Shown piece after piece: positions 37,210 through 48,701 of a DNA stretch of 64,000 nucleotides. Position numbers and translations under genes: made by a program. The notes beneath the pieces are model-generated. The model saw only the letters and a list, made by a program, of their open reading frames with translations, was not told the origin of the DNA and made no database searches. The stretch comes from Rhodosorus marinus CCMP1338 (taxonomy: Eukaryota; Plantae; Rhodophyta), in assembly GCA_029953675.1 (NCBI GenBank), contig JAMWBK010000002.1:992001-1056000 (forward strand), in the 5' to 3' direction. Position 1 is the stretch's first letter. Every line of letters starts with the position of its first letter.

Positions 37210-38048
37210 ACGATAAGCCTCCCTTCGATGGCCCATTCACCAGTCGTCGCCAGGTGAACCATGATGGATTAGTCTGAGACAAGCTGTGACCATGCGCGGA
37301 GAACCAAGATATACATGGGAGAAGGGCCTCATTTCAGAGGGCCCAGGGTGCAGTCAGACAGGTTCAACTACGGGATTGCGCTCGATCCAAGCAAAACTTT
37401 CCAAAAAGCACTTTTTTGGCTAATCTCAGTCTGTGAGACCTTTAAACCCGTATTTCCACAAATCTTGACGCAAATCCCAAAAACTAGGATTATCGTAAAA
37501 GTCCAATAAGGTGTCCGAACGCGTCTGGTAAACAAGAAGCACCTCAAATATAGAATAAACGAATAAAATCGGCTGGGGCTGCCTCTTAAATAGCTTATTG
37601 AAGGGCATTTATCAGACAAATTGTTCAAACAATTCCCTTCGCGAGTACTCGAATTTTCTTCGATTATTCTATTATTATTTTTACTACTTGCGTGTACTAG
37701 GACTTTATATCGGACGAAACATTTGACGAGCCTAAAAAATGCTATTTTGGGTCTATTTACCCAAATCTGGATGCTTTTTCTCCAAATCGATCGCAACAAG
37801 TTCCTGGGTTCTTAGTACGTTTGTATACACAAAATTTTGTACTAAAAAGATTCTAATGGGGATGACTAACTTTCGTTGTAACTGAGTTCGAGATGAGTAG
37901 ATGAACAGGGAGAGGGAAAGGCGATGTGATGGTACAGGACTTTCGCCCTTTTGCTTAGCTTTTTGTTGGTTTTGTGGAGGCTTCTCTGTTATCTAGGTTC
38001 TCATATTGTAACAGGTTTGAAAATACAGGTCGGAGGTGGTCTTTTACT

Positions 38049-38762
38049 ATGGATATTGACACGGCAACCCCGGAGAAGAAACGGTTCGAGGTGAAGAAGT
38101 ACAATGCTGTCGCGCTGTGGGCATGGGGTGAGCATATTGTGCCGCACGCGGTTTTGGTTCTTGTCGTCTGGGAGTGATGAGGTGTTATGTTTGTTTTTCT
38201 CCTGCATTATGTCTTCCTCCCATCACCCCTTTTTTTTTTGCTCTTTTGTGGGGTGTTTTGCGCGACGAAAGTTTTGTGCTCGCGGGTCGCTGTTGGTGAC
38301 CTGGGCTGCTTTTGGAATGCGTCCCGTGCCTCGATATTTTAACCCGCCTGTATTTTTGATTTGAAATCGCTTTAGAGGAACTTGTTTTCAGGGTCTGAAT
38401 GCTGATTCGTTTTCCCCATGGCGTAGATATCAGGGTTGACAACTGCGCAATCTGCCGAAACCATATCATGGATCTTTGCATCGAGTGCCAAGCCAAACAG
38501 ACCGCTGTAGTGAGGCCTGAGGAGTGTGTTGTGGCTTGGGGTGTTTGTAACCACGCCTTTCACCTTCATTGTATATCGAAATGGTTGAAGACGCGAAACG
38601 CTTGTCCTTTGGGTACGGCCCCATTCAATAAGAATCCTTGGTATCTCCGCGTTCCCGTGTTTTATAAACCGCTATTCTAATTTACCCTCATTCTTGTGCT
38701 TCTGTATCTTCTAATGGCCAACAGACAACAGAGCATGGGACTTCCAGAGGTACGGGCGGTAG
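38049..38762 (+). CDS. RBX1: RING-box protein 1 (cullin-RING E3 subunit)
   Basis: Exons 38049-38127, 38427-38612 and 38725-38762 encode [39 protein letters not shown]...[37 protein letters not shown]. Confidence 0.97.
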
Positions 38763-39000
38763 GAACGTTCGGAGATCGTTGGCACTTGTTTCCCAGCTGC
38801 CAACGGTGTTCCCGAATACAGCTATTGACTTGCGATGTGTATTTGGTAGACGAATTTTTACAGAGTTAGACGTGGAGTGCCAAGCATCTCACAGCCAGCA
38901 ACAGAGGCAATGTTCGCATATTAGAAACCGAGGTCGACTGGTGCATCCCAGTAACCCGAGAATAAATAATCTAGTACAGATTTTCTAGCGCCCGTCCTGT

Positions 39001-40116
39001 TTAGAGCGCTTCTTCTGGGTCCATTACTTCGTCATCACTTGGCATCTTTGGGTCCACAGTTTCATCATAATTCAGAGCAATATCAATCTGAAGCAGTAAG
39101 TTCTCAACTGCGTCCTCTTCGTTATAGTCCAAGGGTACGAAGCTGACCATGTTGTACTCTTCCAACAGTGCAGCAAGTGCCTTGGGCGCCAAAGAAAGAT
39201 CGTGGGATGGTTAACACGAAGATTTCGAAGTCGGGAGAAAAAAAATGCAGACACTCTACCTGATTGAGTCCAGAGAACTTTTTATCTACTTGCGTGTTAA
39301 GCTCAGCGGCAAGAGAGTCGTAGTCTGGATGAGTGAATGAATCGATCCGCCGTCTATCGACAGCTCTGACAAGATCCATCTTGCTCAGAACATTGATATG
39401 CGTGATCTGTAACTGAACCATTGCCGACAGCGCCGTCGTACATCCGCCGAAGAATTTTGCAGTATCCGCCATGAATTGAGAGTCAACAAAGTAAAGAGCG
39501 CACAGTCGAAAATCAAGCCTGGCATTGGCGACAAGAGAAGCAAAAAAAGAGCCAGAAAACAACCGGTTTACATAACGAGATCAGAGGAACGACACCATGC
39601 GCACAGATCCAGTGACGCCAACGGTAACCCCAACACTACCTCTGAAGCATTTCGACCATCTTCCTCATCACGCTGAAATGAGTGTACAGCTCTATCTGTC
39701 CAGGGCAGTCGAAGCAGATATAATCTCCATCTACAAAGTCTTCCAACTGCTCCTCGAGCCACTCAAAGTTGTCCAAAAGGTACTCCATGCAGAATACAAG
39801 GCCCCCATTAGGTCCGTACTTCATTTCTTCCGCCACATCATCTATGCTAATCAGCTCTCTCATATCGACTGAAAGCTTATAATCAAAGTTTTCAGCAGCC
39901 TATTAGAGTGACGAAGTGAGAAAGAGCATCCAGTTTCAGTAACAAGAACCAAAAAACAGAATAGAGGAAGGTCTCCCAAGGACAATAACATACAGGATCA
40001 AGGTTTACTACGTGAATCGTCCTGTTCACATCTTCGCAGTACTTTTGCAGCTGAGAACAGTAGGTACTTTTACCACTGCCCGCAGGTCCAATGACCAGCT
40101 GTCCAAAACGAACCAT
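39001..40116 (-). CDS. GPN3: GPN-loop GTPase 3
   Basis: [71 protein letters not shown]3 is preferred over GPN2 from the PAGSGKST motif and the C-terminal pattern. Confidence 0.88.
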
Positions 40117-41038
40117 TGCGGAACTATCTACCACTGCTCGAAAGCATCATCACTCTCCCCCAACCTGACCAGTAACCTCCGGCGAAACGCTGTTCACCAG
40201 TTCAGTTCACGAGCGCTCCTCGACGCTGCATGGGATTGGGTTTGTATAAGCGGATTGGGCTTTGACTTCTTCACTACTTAGCGCCTTGGAAAGATCCAGT
40301 TGGTGTGGGCCACAACTTATGGTCCATCAGTAGATTGTGACGTAACCCTGTCGAAAAGGGGGAATCACTTCAGGGTGATCATCCCGTTCATCACGTCGGA
40401 GCCACCGGGTTGAGAGGTGAAGTTCTGCTCGCTTCTAACCGGTACACCCGGTGAAGGGTAGCAGGCGCAAAATTCATTCCCGCATGGCTGTTCTTAGGTA
40501 GATGTTTCATGTATTCGAGTACATTCGCGAATGACACATTGAGAAAACATCCAGTCAGAAGTACACAACTACCGTTCCGAGCCAGCTCGCTTGGTGGATG
40601 GAATAGACTCCAGGGTTACGCTCTCCTGCTGCATAACTGTGTCCTGGAGTTGTAGTCCGGATAGTAGATATCCTTTGTCTAAGACTTACTTGGATTCAAC
40701 AGTCTGAATAATGACGTAAACCCCTTTGTTCGGTCTCTGACATGCCTGGACAGGTACATGGTTCGGCATTGGACCTTGATGGCAAAGGTCGGGTGGGGGG
40801 GGTGGGGGAGCGGGGCATGGTATTATCTGGGGCGTCTTCGTCCTTTCACTTCGGAACAAAGGATAAAAAAATTGCCCAGTGCAGGTTTACAGCTCTTTAG
40901 TAGCTTGGATCTGCTCCTGTGGGAAAGATTTGCTCGTAGGCATTTTGGTGGTCTTTGAGCCTCGTTTAGAACCGTTTTGTCTAGAGCACCTGTTTCGCCG
41001 CTTTTTTGGAGTTGCTAAAAAAGGGGCTGATCTCGTTG

Positions 41039-41461
41039 ATGGGCGATGCCGAGGAGAGGTTCTACTCGCAACTGGAGGAAGAAGGCGAGTCCTTCTTCTT
41101 CGAGTATGTTTTACCACAGCAACGGAAGTCTTACCTCTGCAGCGCACAGTGCTGCGATTCCCCGAAGGATCCGATGACATCGCGTCTTTGCGTCGCCCAA
41201 TGTCGCAGGCTCGTCGATACGCTCCGGAAGTTTTACGTTGAGGAGCTTAGGAGTTTGGCTGGTAGATACGAAAAATGTGCAGAAAGATGCGAAAGTGTGG
41301 GGGACGAAGCCAAGGCCAACCCAATGACCTACCCTCGAACGAATTTTGGAAAGTGTTCCGAATTCTGCGCTTTGGAGTTCCTCAACTTGGTGCCGAAAAC
41401 TATCGAGTCACTGAGGACAACAGCAAGGACGCGACTTGCGGATGCATCTCAGAGCAATTGA
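41039..41461 (+). CDS. FAM136A/DUF842-like twin CX3C protein
   Basis: YLCSAQCCD...LCVAQC...EELRSLAGRYEKCAERC...KCSEFC...LVPKTIESL matches the Cys spacing of the FAM136A family. Confidence 0.75.
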   Translation: MGDAEERFYSQLEEEGESFFFEYVLPQQRKSYLCSAQCCDSPKDPMTSRLCVAQCRRLVDTLRKFYVEELRSLAGRYEKCAERCESVGDEAKANPMTYPRTNFGKCSEFCALEFLNLVPKTIESLRTTARTRLADASQSN

Positions 41462-41938
41462 GGGCGCAAAAACTGTCATGTAGCCTAACTGGGGCGCGAC
41501 CCTTTAAAGAAGAAAGACAGCGGAGTGACTCCTGCTGGGGAGTTCAAAATTTGCTATTTGCACTGCTTCCAGGGGGAGCTCTTAGTGTGGACAAACCCCT
41601 CGAGGCCAATCATAAATCCCCCACCCAGTGCTTTGCAAGAGATCCTGGGCGCACGAGAGCACCCGCGGCGTTGAAAGTGCAGCAAAAATAATTCTACTCT
41701 TTCGTCACGCTTGTCGCAGCTCAACAGTGAAAGCAGCTTGAAAGGTTTTCTTCCATAAAGGCGCATGAGGAAACGAGCTCGGGTTTCCACTCTAAATAAA
41801 GACTCTCGGGATCTGAAATTGTGACCCACCGAATCTTCTCCAGAGCCCGGATGATTATCTTCCTACAGGTCCCATCTTACAGACGCTCTTCCTAGACTTC
41901 TCCAGATTTCCAGAATCCTCTTTGAAGGGGGTCAGCTG

Positions 41939-43837
41939 CTAACCACCTATGGTTATCATCGGGCGATTTTTCCTGGATGCAATGTCATACATATCCTTTC
42001 GAACAAGATGCGATTATTGTTCTCGTTCAGCTCTCAAATCCATCGTCCCACCCGTTCGACAGATAGATGCGCTTTGACTCAAATTCTGAATTACCTGATT
42101 TCCTCCGAGAGCGTAATATTTCTGATAAATAGCTGCTTCTACGACCTCGCCAAGCTCGTCATCTGTGGCCCCATCCCGAAGCATGTCTCGTAAAGAGACT
42201 TCCGAACTCCCGAACAAGCACACCTTCAGATTCCCATCCGCGGTCATTCGTAGCCGGTTGCAAGTACCGCAAAAATGGCTGGTCATCGACGTGATGAAGC
42301 CTTTAGCAATGAAGAGAACAACGCTAGATCAGCTCAACGATACACTGGCAGGAGCATCGTGGACGCGAGGACTTGCATGAAACCGTGAACCGCCCAACAA
42401 AGCAAAAGCTTTGACGCACTTACCAATTCGCCCGGCAAAACCTGAAATCTTGTAGTGCTTTGAAGTATCGTTCTTATCGTCCACCACCTTTGAGAGTGCA
42501 CCAAACTCTGCAGTGATCTTCTCCATCGCTTCGGCGTATGACATGAATCTAAGACAGCATGACGCCGATAGAGCGTTCGGTCAGTACACCGGTAGATTCC
42601 AACGTAATCCATATCAACCTCGTAGTGCTCTTGGAAAGAGAAGAGTACGAGGAACCGTTCATCAACATACTTTTTGTCACTCCATCGATTTCCGTCAAAA
42701 GGCATGTACTCAATGAATCTAATATCTAAATCCTAGCCCATGGAGAAAGACAGCTTGTGAAGTAAGCGCTCACGTCCTGTCAGTCATGTTTCCTCACGGC
42801 ATACACTGAGCAAACCTTATGTTCAGTCATTCTACAAAAGTCGAGAAGCTCATCGTCGTTTACACCTCTGTTTGTCAGAAAGCGTTGAAGATTGCTGTGT
42901 ATTAGGGTCTGTACGAGCCGAGTGGAAAAACGGTTGTCCAGGAGTTACCTCATCAACACGCAGTTCACCTTGACTGGGCCAAAGTTGGCATCCAGACAAG
43001 CATCGATGGCGTCGATAACTCTCTCATGTCCCTGTCGTGTTCACGGGAGACAAGCGTTCTAATTACTTCTGCTAGTGTAGAAGGCGAGTGGGTATAACGT
43101 CTAAAGCTGGTGAACTTACCCTTCGCCTAGTTATCAGCTCGAACTTTTGAGGAACCAAAGTGTCAAGACTGATGTTCACAGCTGACAATCCACTGTCAAC
43201 CAAGGTTTTCAACTTCTTCTTCAGCGTAATTCCGTTTGTGGTAATGGCGATTGTTTTCCTTAACACGAGCACAAGCGCAGGTCAGTTTTCTTCATCAAAA
43301 AGCAAAAAACAAGTTCAAGCAGTCTGGTTCAGGCCCTCACAGGTTGTAACGCGGATCTCGTTTGTACGCGCCTATTCTTTGCATGATGTCATCGAAATCT
43401 TTTCGGACGAGCGGCTCTCCTCCGGTCAAACGGATCTTGTCCACTCCATAACTTAAAAAGACTTTTGAAATCCGCTCAATTTCGGAGGCGGTCAGTAGTT
43501 CATTTGACGGGCTCAATTCAATTCTGAAAGAGATGAATGGATACGGAGAGATCAACATCCGCTCAAACACTTGACAAAAACTTCTCTGCCTCTTTCTACC
43601 TACGGGTTAAGGCATTATTGGAACGTACCCCTCCTCAGGCATGCAGTACAAACACCTTAGATTACAACGCTCCGTGAGGGAGATTCTAAGGTACGTGTGC
43701 TTCCTTCCAAACGAGTCCTCCAGAATCTTTTGACGGGGGTTTATACCCTCCTTGACCAGCACAGACTGCTCCGAAAGTTTTGCATGCTTCACGCCATTCA
43801 AGACGCGGCCGCTGCTCATGTACCGCAGAAATTTCAT
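41939..43837 (-). CDS. CNX2: GTP 3',8-cyclase (molybdenum cofactor biosynthesis, MoaA/CNX2/MOCS1A)
   Basis: [27 protein letters not shown] (radical SAM CX3CX2C), [51 protein letters not shown]-terminal [10 protein letters not shown]-terminus [11 protein letters not shown] resembles a mitochondrial presequence. Confidence 0.95.
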
Positions 43838-44784
43838 TACAAACTCGTCGATAGATATTTCTCCAGCGCGGAATTTCTCTTCCAGCAAGTCACGACATCA
43901 GCTCCCAAAGTCAACTCCGTACTTGCAACCAGTCCAAAACCAAACTGGAACAAAGACTTCGAATCCCTGATCAGCGGTGGATAGACAAGCAAAGTCCAGC
44001 AAAGACAAAACACCCAGCAATTCCTTCCAGAGCAAAAACAGATCTGACCAGGTGCCGACTTCACAGTCCATCTACAGCAATATATCCAGGTTCGAATGTC
44101 GCTTTAAGACACCTCGTCCATCACCAATAAGGCCAGCAAGAAGCTCCCAAATTTTCAGCTAGGACAGTTACATTCACTACCGCAAACCTGCCCCGAGGAA
44201 AGCAAATAAGGAAGAATACTGACGAATTGCCTTTCGCGAGATGTAAGTACATCTCATAGTGTCTAAATCCATTCGCTCCATCTAGATGATGGACAAGGGC
44301 AGAGCTTTGGTCCGTTGATCGGCCGAGTTCCTGGGATACAGCTTGCTCTGGATGGTTTGTTGATTGACGTAGGGGACATAAATCCAAGCGCTCCGTCGAG
44401 AACATGTAAGAATCTACACGGATTCCCCTGCGGGGAGGCTATTAAACCGAACGGCACCATTAAACATGAGACAGTCTAAATCGAGCGATTGTTCTAGAAT
44501 ACGGTAATTTTCATATACTTTTGACTAATATTATCCTTTTTTCTCCACATTTAGTGCGGCTTCCTGCTACTTAAGCGCTCAATATGCGTAGAACCTCGGG
44601 AGTCAACGGGCCTCGAGTAAGCACCCCGATATCCACCCTCTGGCATCAAGTTCGTTAATTAGGGAACTCATATTCTCCAATATTGAAAACTAGTCGGCTT
44701 ATTTTCTTAATTATAGAAGGTATTAGAGTTCGAACTTTCAAGAAATAGAAAATCTTGGTTTTTATGGTACGAACGGTTTCGTTC

Positions 44785-45090
44785 TGTTGAAACGGTCACA
44801 CGAACGGTGACCATACGCTCTCAGCACGTAGAAGGACAATCCTCACATCGTCCTACATATGGTAGCACCAGTGTGTGGATAGTATACGGTAGGCTAACCG
44901 GATGGAGGTTCAAACGTATGAAGTAGTTTGAACCGTACAAGACATCGATCATTTCCACGGTATAGTAGATTACTTAAGTGGGAGTAAGTGGGAGATATCG
45001 ACCCCAATGGTCAGGGAAACAATAAAAAAACCATCGAAGTTTGGCTGACGGGACTTTGATCAAGGTTCGGGAACCCCGAAAAACGCAACA
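44785..45090 (+). repeat. 5' LTR (306 bp)
   Basis: TGTTGAAACGGTCAC...AAAAACGCAACA. Differs from the 3' LTR by about 7 substitutions and two indels (3 and 10 bp). Confidence 0.95.
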
Positions 45091-45105
45091 TGGTCTCATC
45101 GCAGG
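45091..45105 (+). promoter_or_regulatory. Putative primer-binding site
   Basis: TGGTCTCATCGCAGG begins immediately after the 5' LTR; TGG is complementary to tRNA CCA. Confidence 0.7.
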
Positions 45106-45171
45106 TTGCGATGTTATGAGAGAGGCGTTTATCCTTAAGGATTGGACTTTAAAGATTGGGTTTTCGAGAGT

Positions 45172-45604
45172 ATGGCGGCGAGGACCAGGGGGAGCGCTAG
45201 CGAACATGAAGCGCGCTTGAAGGTCTTCGCGCTACCGTCAGTGTTTACCGGGGATCAGGATTCGTATCGATCCTTCCGGAATTGGAGCCACCAGGTAGAA
45301 TGCTACCTGACGGTCAAAGGTCTAAGGGATGTACTCGTCAACCCCATAGACGCGACCGAAGCAGAGAAACAGTATGTTTCAGCTGTGTTCTCCAAAGTGC
45401 TGGACGGGCCAGCACTGGACACTGCCTTCGCCTCTTCCAGAGAGGCCGCTCCGGAAGAGGTGTGGGCGACACTACGGGCTAGGTATGAGCCCTCATCACG
45501 CAAGGCGGCTGACAAGGTATGGAGCAGAGTGTACAGGCGGAAACTACACTCTGCTGAGGCCCCTCGGTTCCTTGTTAACTGGTTAGAAAATCAGTTTGCG
45601 GAGA
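45172..45604 (+). pseudogene. Truncated copia gag
   Basis: MAARTR...LPSVFTGDQDSYRSFRNWSHQVECYLTVKGL...WATLRARYE... It is interrupted at 45605 by the inverted RT copy. Confidence 0.8.
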
Positions 45605-46719
45605 TGGTCGCGTTCTGGTCCTTAGGTAAAGGAGAGACCCAGTTAGCTCCTGAAATGGTAATGTGGTCATTTCCATCAATGTCTCTTTCGTAGAAGGTGC
45701 GACGGTGGATGGCGTGGATATGGTGCGGCTGCCCTTCAAAGCGTATGTGGTGGTAAGTTTACGGATGTAATCTCACTGCGAGAGGTAGATTTCCTTTTTC
45801 CTCCTGTCTCGCTCGATTCTCACACCAAGGAAATCTTGTGGCTCTCCTAGGTGTTTGATGTCGTACAAGTCGGACAACATCAGCTTCGCCGTCTCCACCT
45901 CAGTACGGCTTCCGATGATTAACATATCATCCACGTATACCGCGATCAAGCACTTCTCTCTACGGTAGACGCAACTCTCGGTACGTAGCTTCTGAAATCC
46001 TTGCGCACCGAGATCATTGCTGAAGCCTTTAGGGAGCATGTCATGGTAATGAAAACGCAACATAGGGCAAATGTAAAAAGACTCAAAAGTGACAACGCAC
46101 TTGAGTATAGTAGCATGAAACCCCTACTACGTGACCTCGGGTCCCACGTCCCACGTGATACGCGACCCACGTCTCACGTGATACCCAGGTCACGTAGTAG
46201 GGGTTTCATGCTACTATACTCAAGTGCGTTGTCACTTTTGAGTCTTTTTACATTTGCCCTATGTTGCGTTTTCATTACCATGACATGCTCCCTAAAGGCT
46301 TCAGCAATGATCTCGGTGCGCAAGGATTTCAGAAGCTACGTACCGAGAGTTGCGTCTACCGTAGAGAGAAGTGCTTGATCGCGGTATACGTGGATGATAT
46401 GTTAATCATCGGAAGCCGTACTGAGGTGGAGACGGCGAAGCTGATGTTGTCCGACTTGTACGACATCAAACACCTAGGAGAGCCACAAGATTTCCTTGGT
46501 GTGAGAATCGAGCGAGACAGGAGGAAAAAGGAAATCTACCTCTCGCAGTGAGATTACATCCGTAAACTTACCACCACATACGCTTTGAAGGGCAGCCGCA
46601 CCATATCCACGCCATCCACCGTCGCACCTTCTACGAAAGAGACATTGATGGAAATGACCACATTACCATTTCAGGAGCTAACTGGGTCTCTCCTTTACCT
46701 AAGGACCAGAACGCGACCA
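45605..46719. repeat. Long inverted duplication: 533-bp arms, 49-nt spacer
   Basis: 45605-46137 is the reverse complement of 46187-46719. The ORF track gives the same 96-aa RT peptide on both strands (45773..46063 - and 46261..46551 +). Confidence 0.95.
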
Positions 46720-47394
46720 GATATAAGTTTTGCAGTTGGCCTGATCAGGCGAAAAATGTCAGATTATTCACTTGGAGATTTTTAAAAGGCGCGGCGGATC
46801 CTGAGATATTTGGCGGGAACACAAGGCAAAGTCATGAAATTGGGCGATGTTTCGAAAGTGGATCCAGATGGCGAAGAGCCCCCGAAGGATGGCGAACAGG
46901 GGTTATTCAGATATCAAGTTACCGGATACTCAGACGCGAGCTGGGCAAGCCACCAAGACAGCAAGAGCACTACAGGGTCACTGATAATGATCAACGGATC
47001 GCCGGTGGCGTATAGATCGTGGAAGCAGAGGGCAGTTGCTCAGTCAACGGCGGAAGCTGAGTACCAGGCGCTGGGGGATATGTTAACAACTCAGCGATGG
47101 GTAAGTGAGCTGATAATTGAGACTGGCCGAGAAACGAGTACGCCGATGGTGGCATACACAGATAATGTGTCATGCCTACGGTGAGCGACAACCGGAGACA
47201 GCAGGATGTCGCGTCACGTATCGGTTAAACTGCAATATGCAAGGGAGAGATGCACATTGGGAGAGGTACAACTGAAGTACCTCAGCACGAACGAAATGGT
47301 AGCAGACTTGCTCGCCAAAGCTTTAACGAAGGAAAGGACGAGGGTCCTACTGTCTGACCTGGGAGTTGTAGATCGATCTTCTACTGTGGCATGA
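46295..47394 (+). pseudogene. Degenerate copia reverse transcriptase-RNase H
   Basis: GFQKLRTESCVY, YVDD, TRPDISFAV, RILRYLAGT, SDASW and STAEAEY are present, with in-frame stops near 46549, 46783 and 47182. Confidence 0.9.
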
Positions 47395-47407
47395 GAGCGA
47401 GGGGGAG
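47391..47407 (+). promoter_or_regulatory. Polypurine tract
   Basis: ATGAGAGCGAGGGGGAG lies directly before the 3' LTR. Confidence 0.85.
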
Positions 47408-47706
47408 TGTTGAAACGGTCACACGATCAACGGTGACCATCCGCTCTCAGCACGTAGAAGGACAATCCTCACATCGTCCTACATATGGTAGCACCAGTGT
47501 GTGGATAGTATACGGTAGGCTAACCGGATGGAGGTTCAAACGTATGAAGTAGTTTGAACCGTACAAGATATCGATCATTTCCACGGTATAGTAGATTACT
47601 AAAGTGGGAGATATCGACCCCAATGGTCAGGGCAACAATAAAAAAACCATCGAAGTTTGGCTGACGAGACTTTGATCAAGGTTTGGAAACCCCGAAAAAC
47701 GCAACA
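47408..47706 (+). repeat. 3' LTR (299 bp)
   Basis: TGTTGAAACGGTCAC...AAAAACGCAACA, followed by AGTTC. Confidence 0.95.
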
Positions 47707-48701
47707 AGTTCTCCACCATGCTAGCATAAAGATGATGTTTGCCTGGCGAGGAATTAATTTAGCTTTTCATATATATACTTGTTCTTAAATATGAAATAAG
47801 TTCTAAGCTGAATCAGGATTCGTCGTATGGATTGCTCGATAATTTGATTTAAAGAAATATTTAAGTGAATTATATCGTATATCCTACCGTGCACAACTAA
47901 GTCAATTCTATTTATTCTTAATTATGATGTTGAGATCTTTTTCTAAACAGCTGCTAAGGTTTGAATCGGCATCGCAAGCTATCAGCGTGGAATCTAATTG
48001 GTTGGATGATAATCCTACATTAAAAGGAGCATCTCTTCCAGCCCTTTGTCGTCCTGAGCAAGAAACCCATCCTGCGAATGGCCAGAGATATGTTCCCCCC
48101 TATTGTATTCTAATGTATTGTCATATACGGCAATTTTATTGTATAATAATTAAACATTTGGAGAAGTACCAAACTCTTTGTTGCCAAGTGTTGGAGGCAA
48201 TGGCACCAGGTAGATAGGGGGTTATGGATATCTCAGGAGCCCTATCCGGTTCTCTCTAAACATATGTGAATTTCTCTTAATTGTTTTAGCTTTGGTTCTA
48301 GCTAATATTACTTGTGGAGGACTGGATTGTGTGAGAATGCCTTGATCCCATTTGAATGCTAAGCACGTGAAGCCCTGAGAAACCAAATTCCTGCCAAAGT
48401 GTCACCACCCTTTCAGTCTATTTCATGATCAATACTGTGTTTTTAGCAACAAATTGACAATTATTCAATCAATTGGATTTGTAGATTGCTTTTTTGTATA
48501 TGACACTTATCTCATGTCTTCTTTTTCCAGATGCTATCTCTCAATGTCAAATGTCAGGTACTTTTTGAGGATGGAAAGGGTGAAAATGTATAACTGCGGG
48601 GGGTGGGGGGTGGGGGGGAGATGGGGGTGATAGAGGTCGAGTAGGGTATGGTTTTGAAGAAAATCTGTTTTGTTTGATGTTAAGGTTCAAGCGTTTGAGA
48701 G

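Larger units (their letters stand above)
44785..47706 (+). mobile_element. Internally deleted and rearranged Ty1/copia LTR retrotransposon (non-autonomous)
   Basis: Two TG...CA LTRs, PBS-like TGG site, PPT, near-TSD CGTTC/AGTTC, gag fragment, integrase fragment (KRLKSDNALEY), RT (IAVYVDDMLI) and RNase H (GYSDASWA, STAEAEY, VADLLAKAL) with premature stops. Confidence 0.95.

Noticed and set aside
40380-40470. Nested partial stem CACCGGG...CCCGGTG followed by GAAGGGTAGCAGG, considered as SRP RNA or another ncRNA
   Set aside because: The SRP helix-8 CAGG/GNRA/AGCAG geometry is not met and pairing is weak.
43838-43890. In-frame [17 protein letters not shown] upstream of CNX2, reminiscent of Vps37/Vps23 or LarB helices
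   Set aside because: An in-frame TGA lies three codons upstream with no ATG or good acceptor, and the downstream ATG gives a plausible mitochondrial presequence. Likely coincidence.
44121-44405. ORF starting FSTERLDLCPL, like the RimJ/RimL GNAT motif ETERLxLRP
   Set aside because: Too short, lacks the acetyl-CoA-binding motif, and the start is non-ATG.
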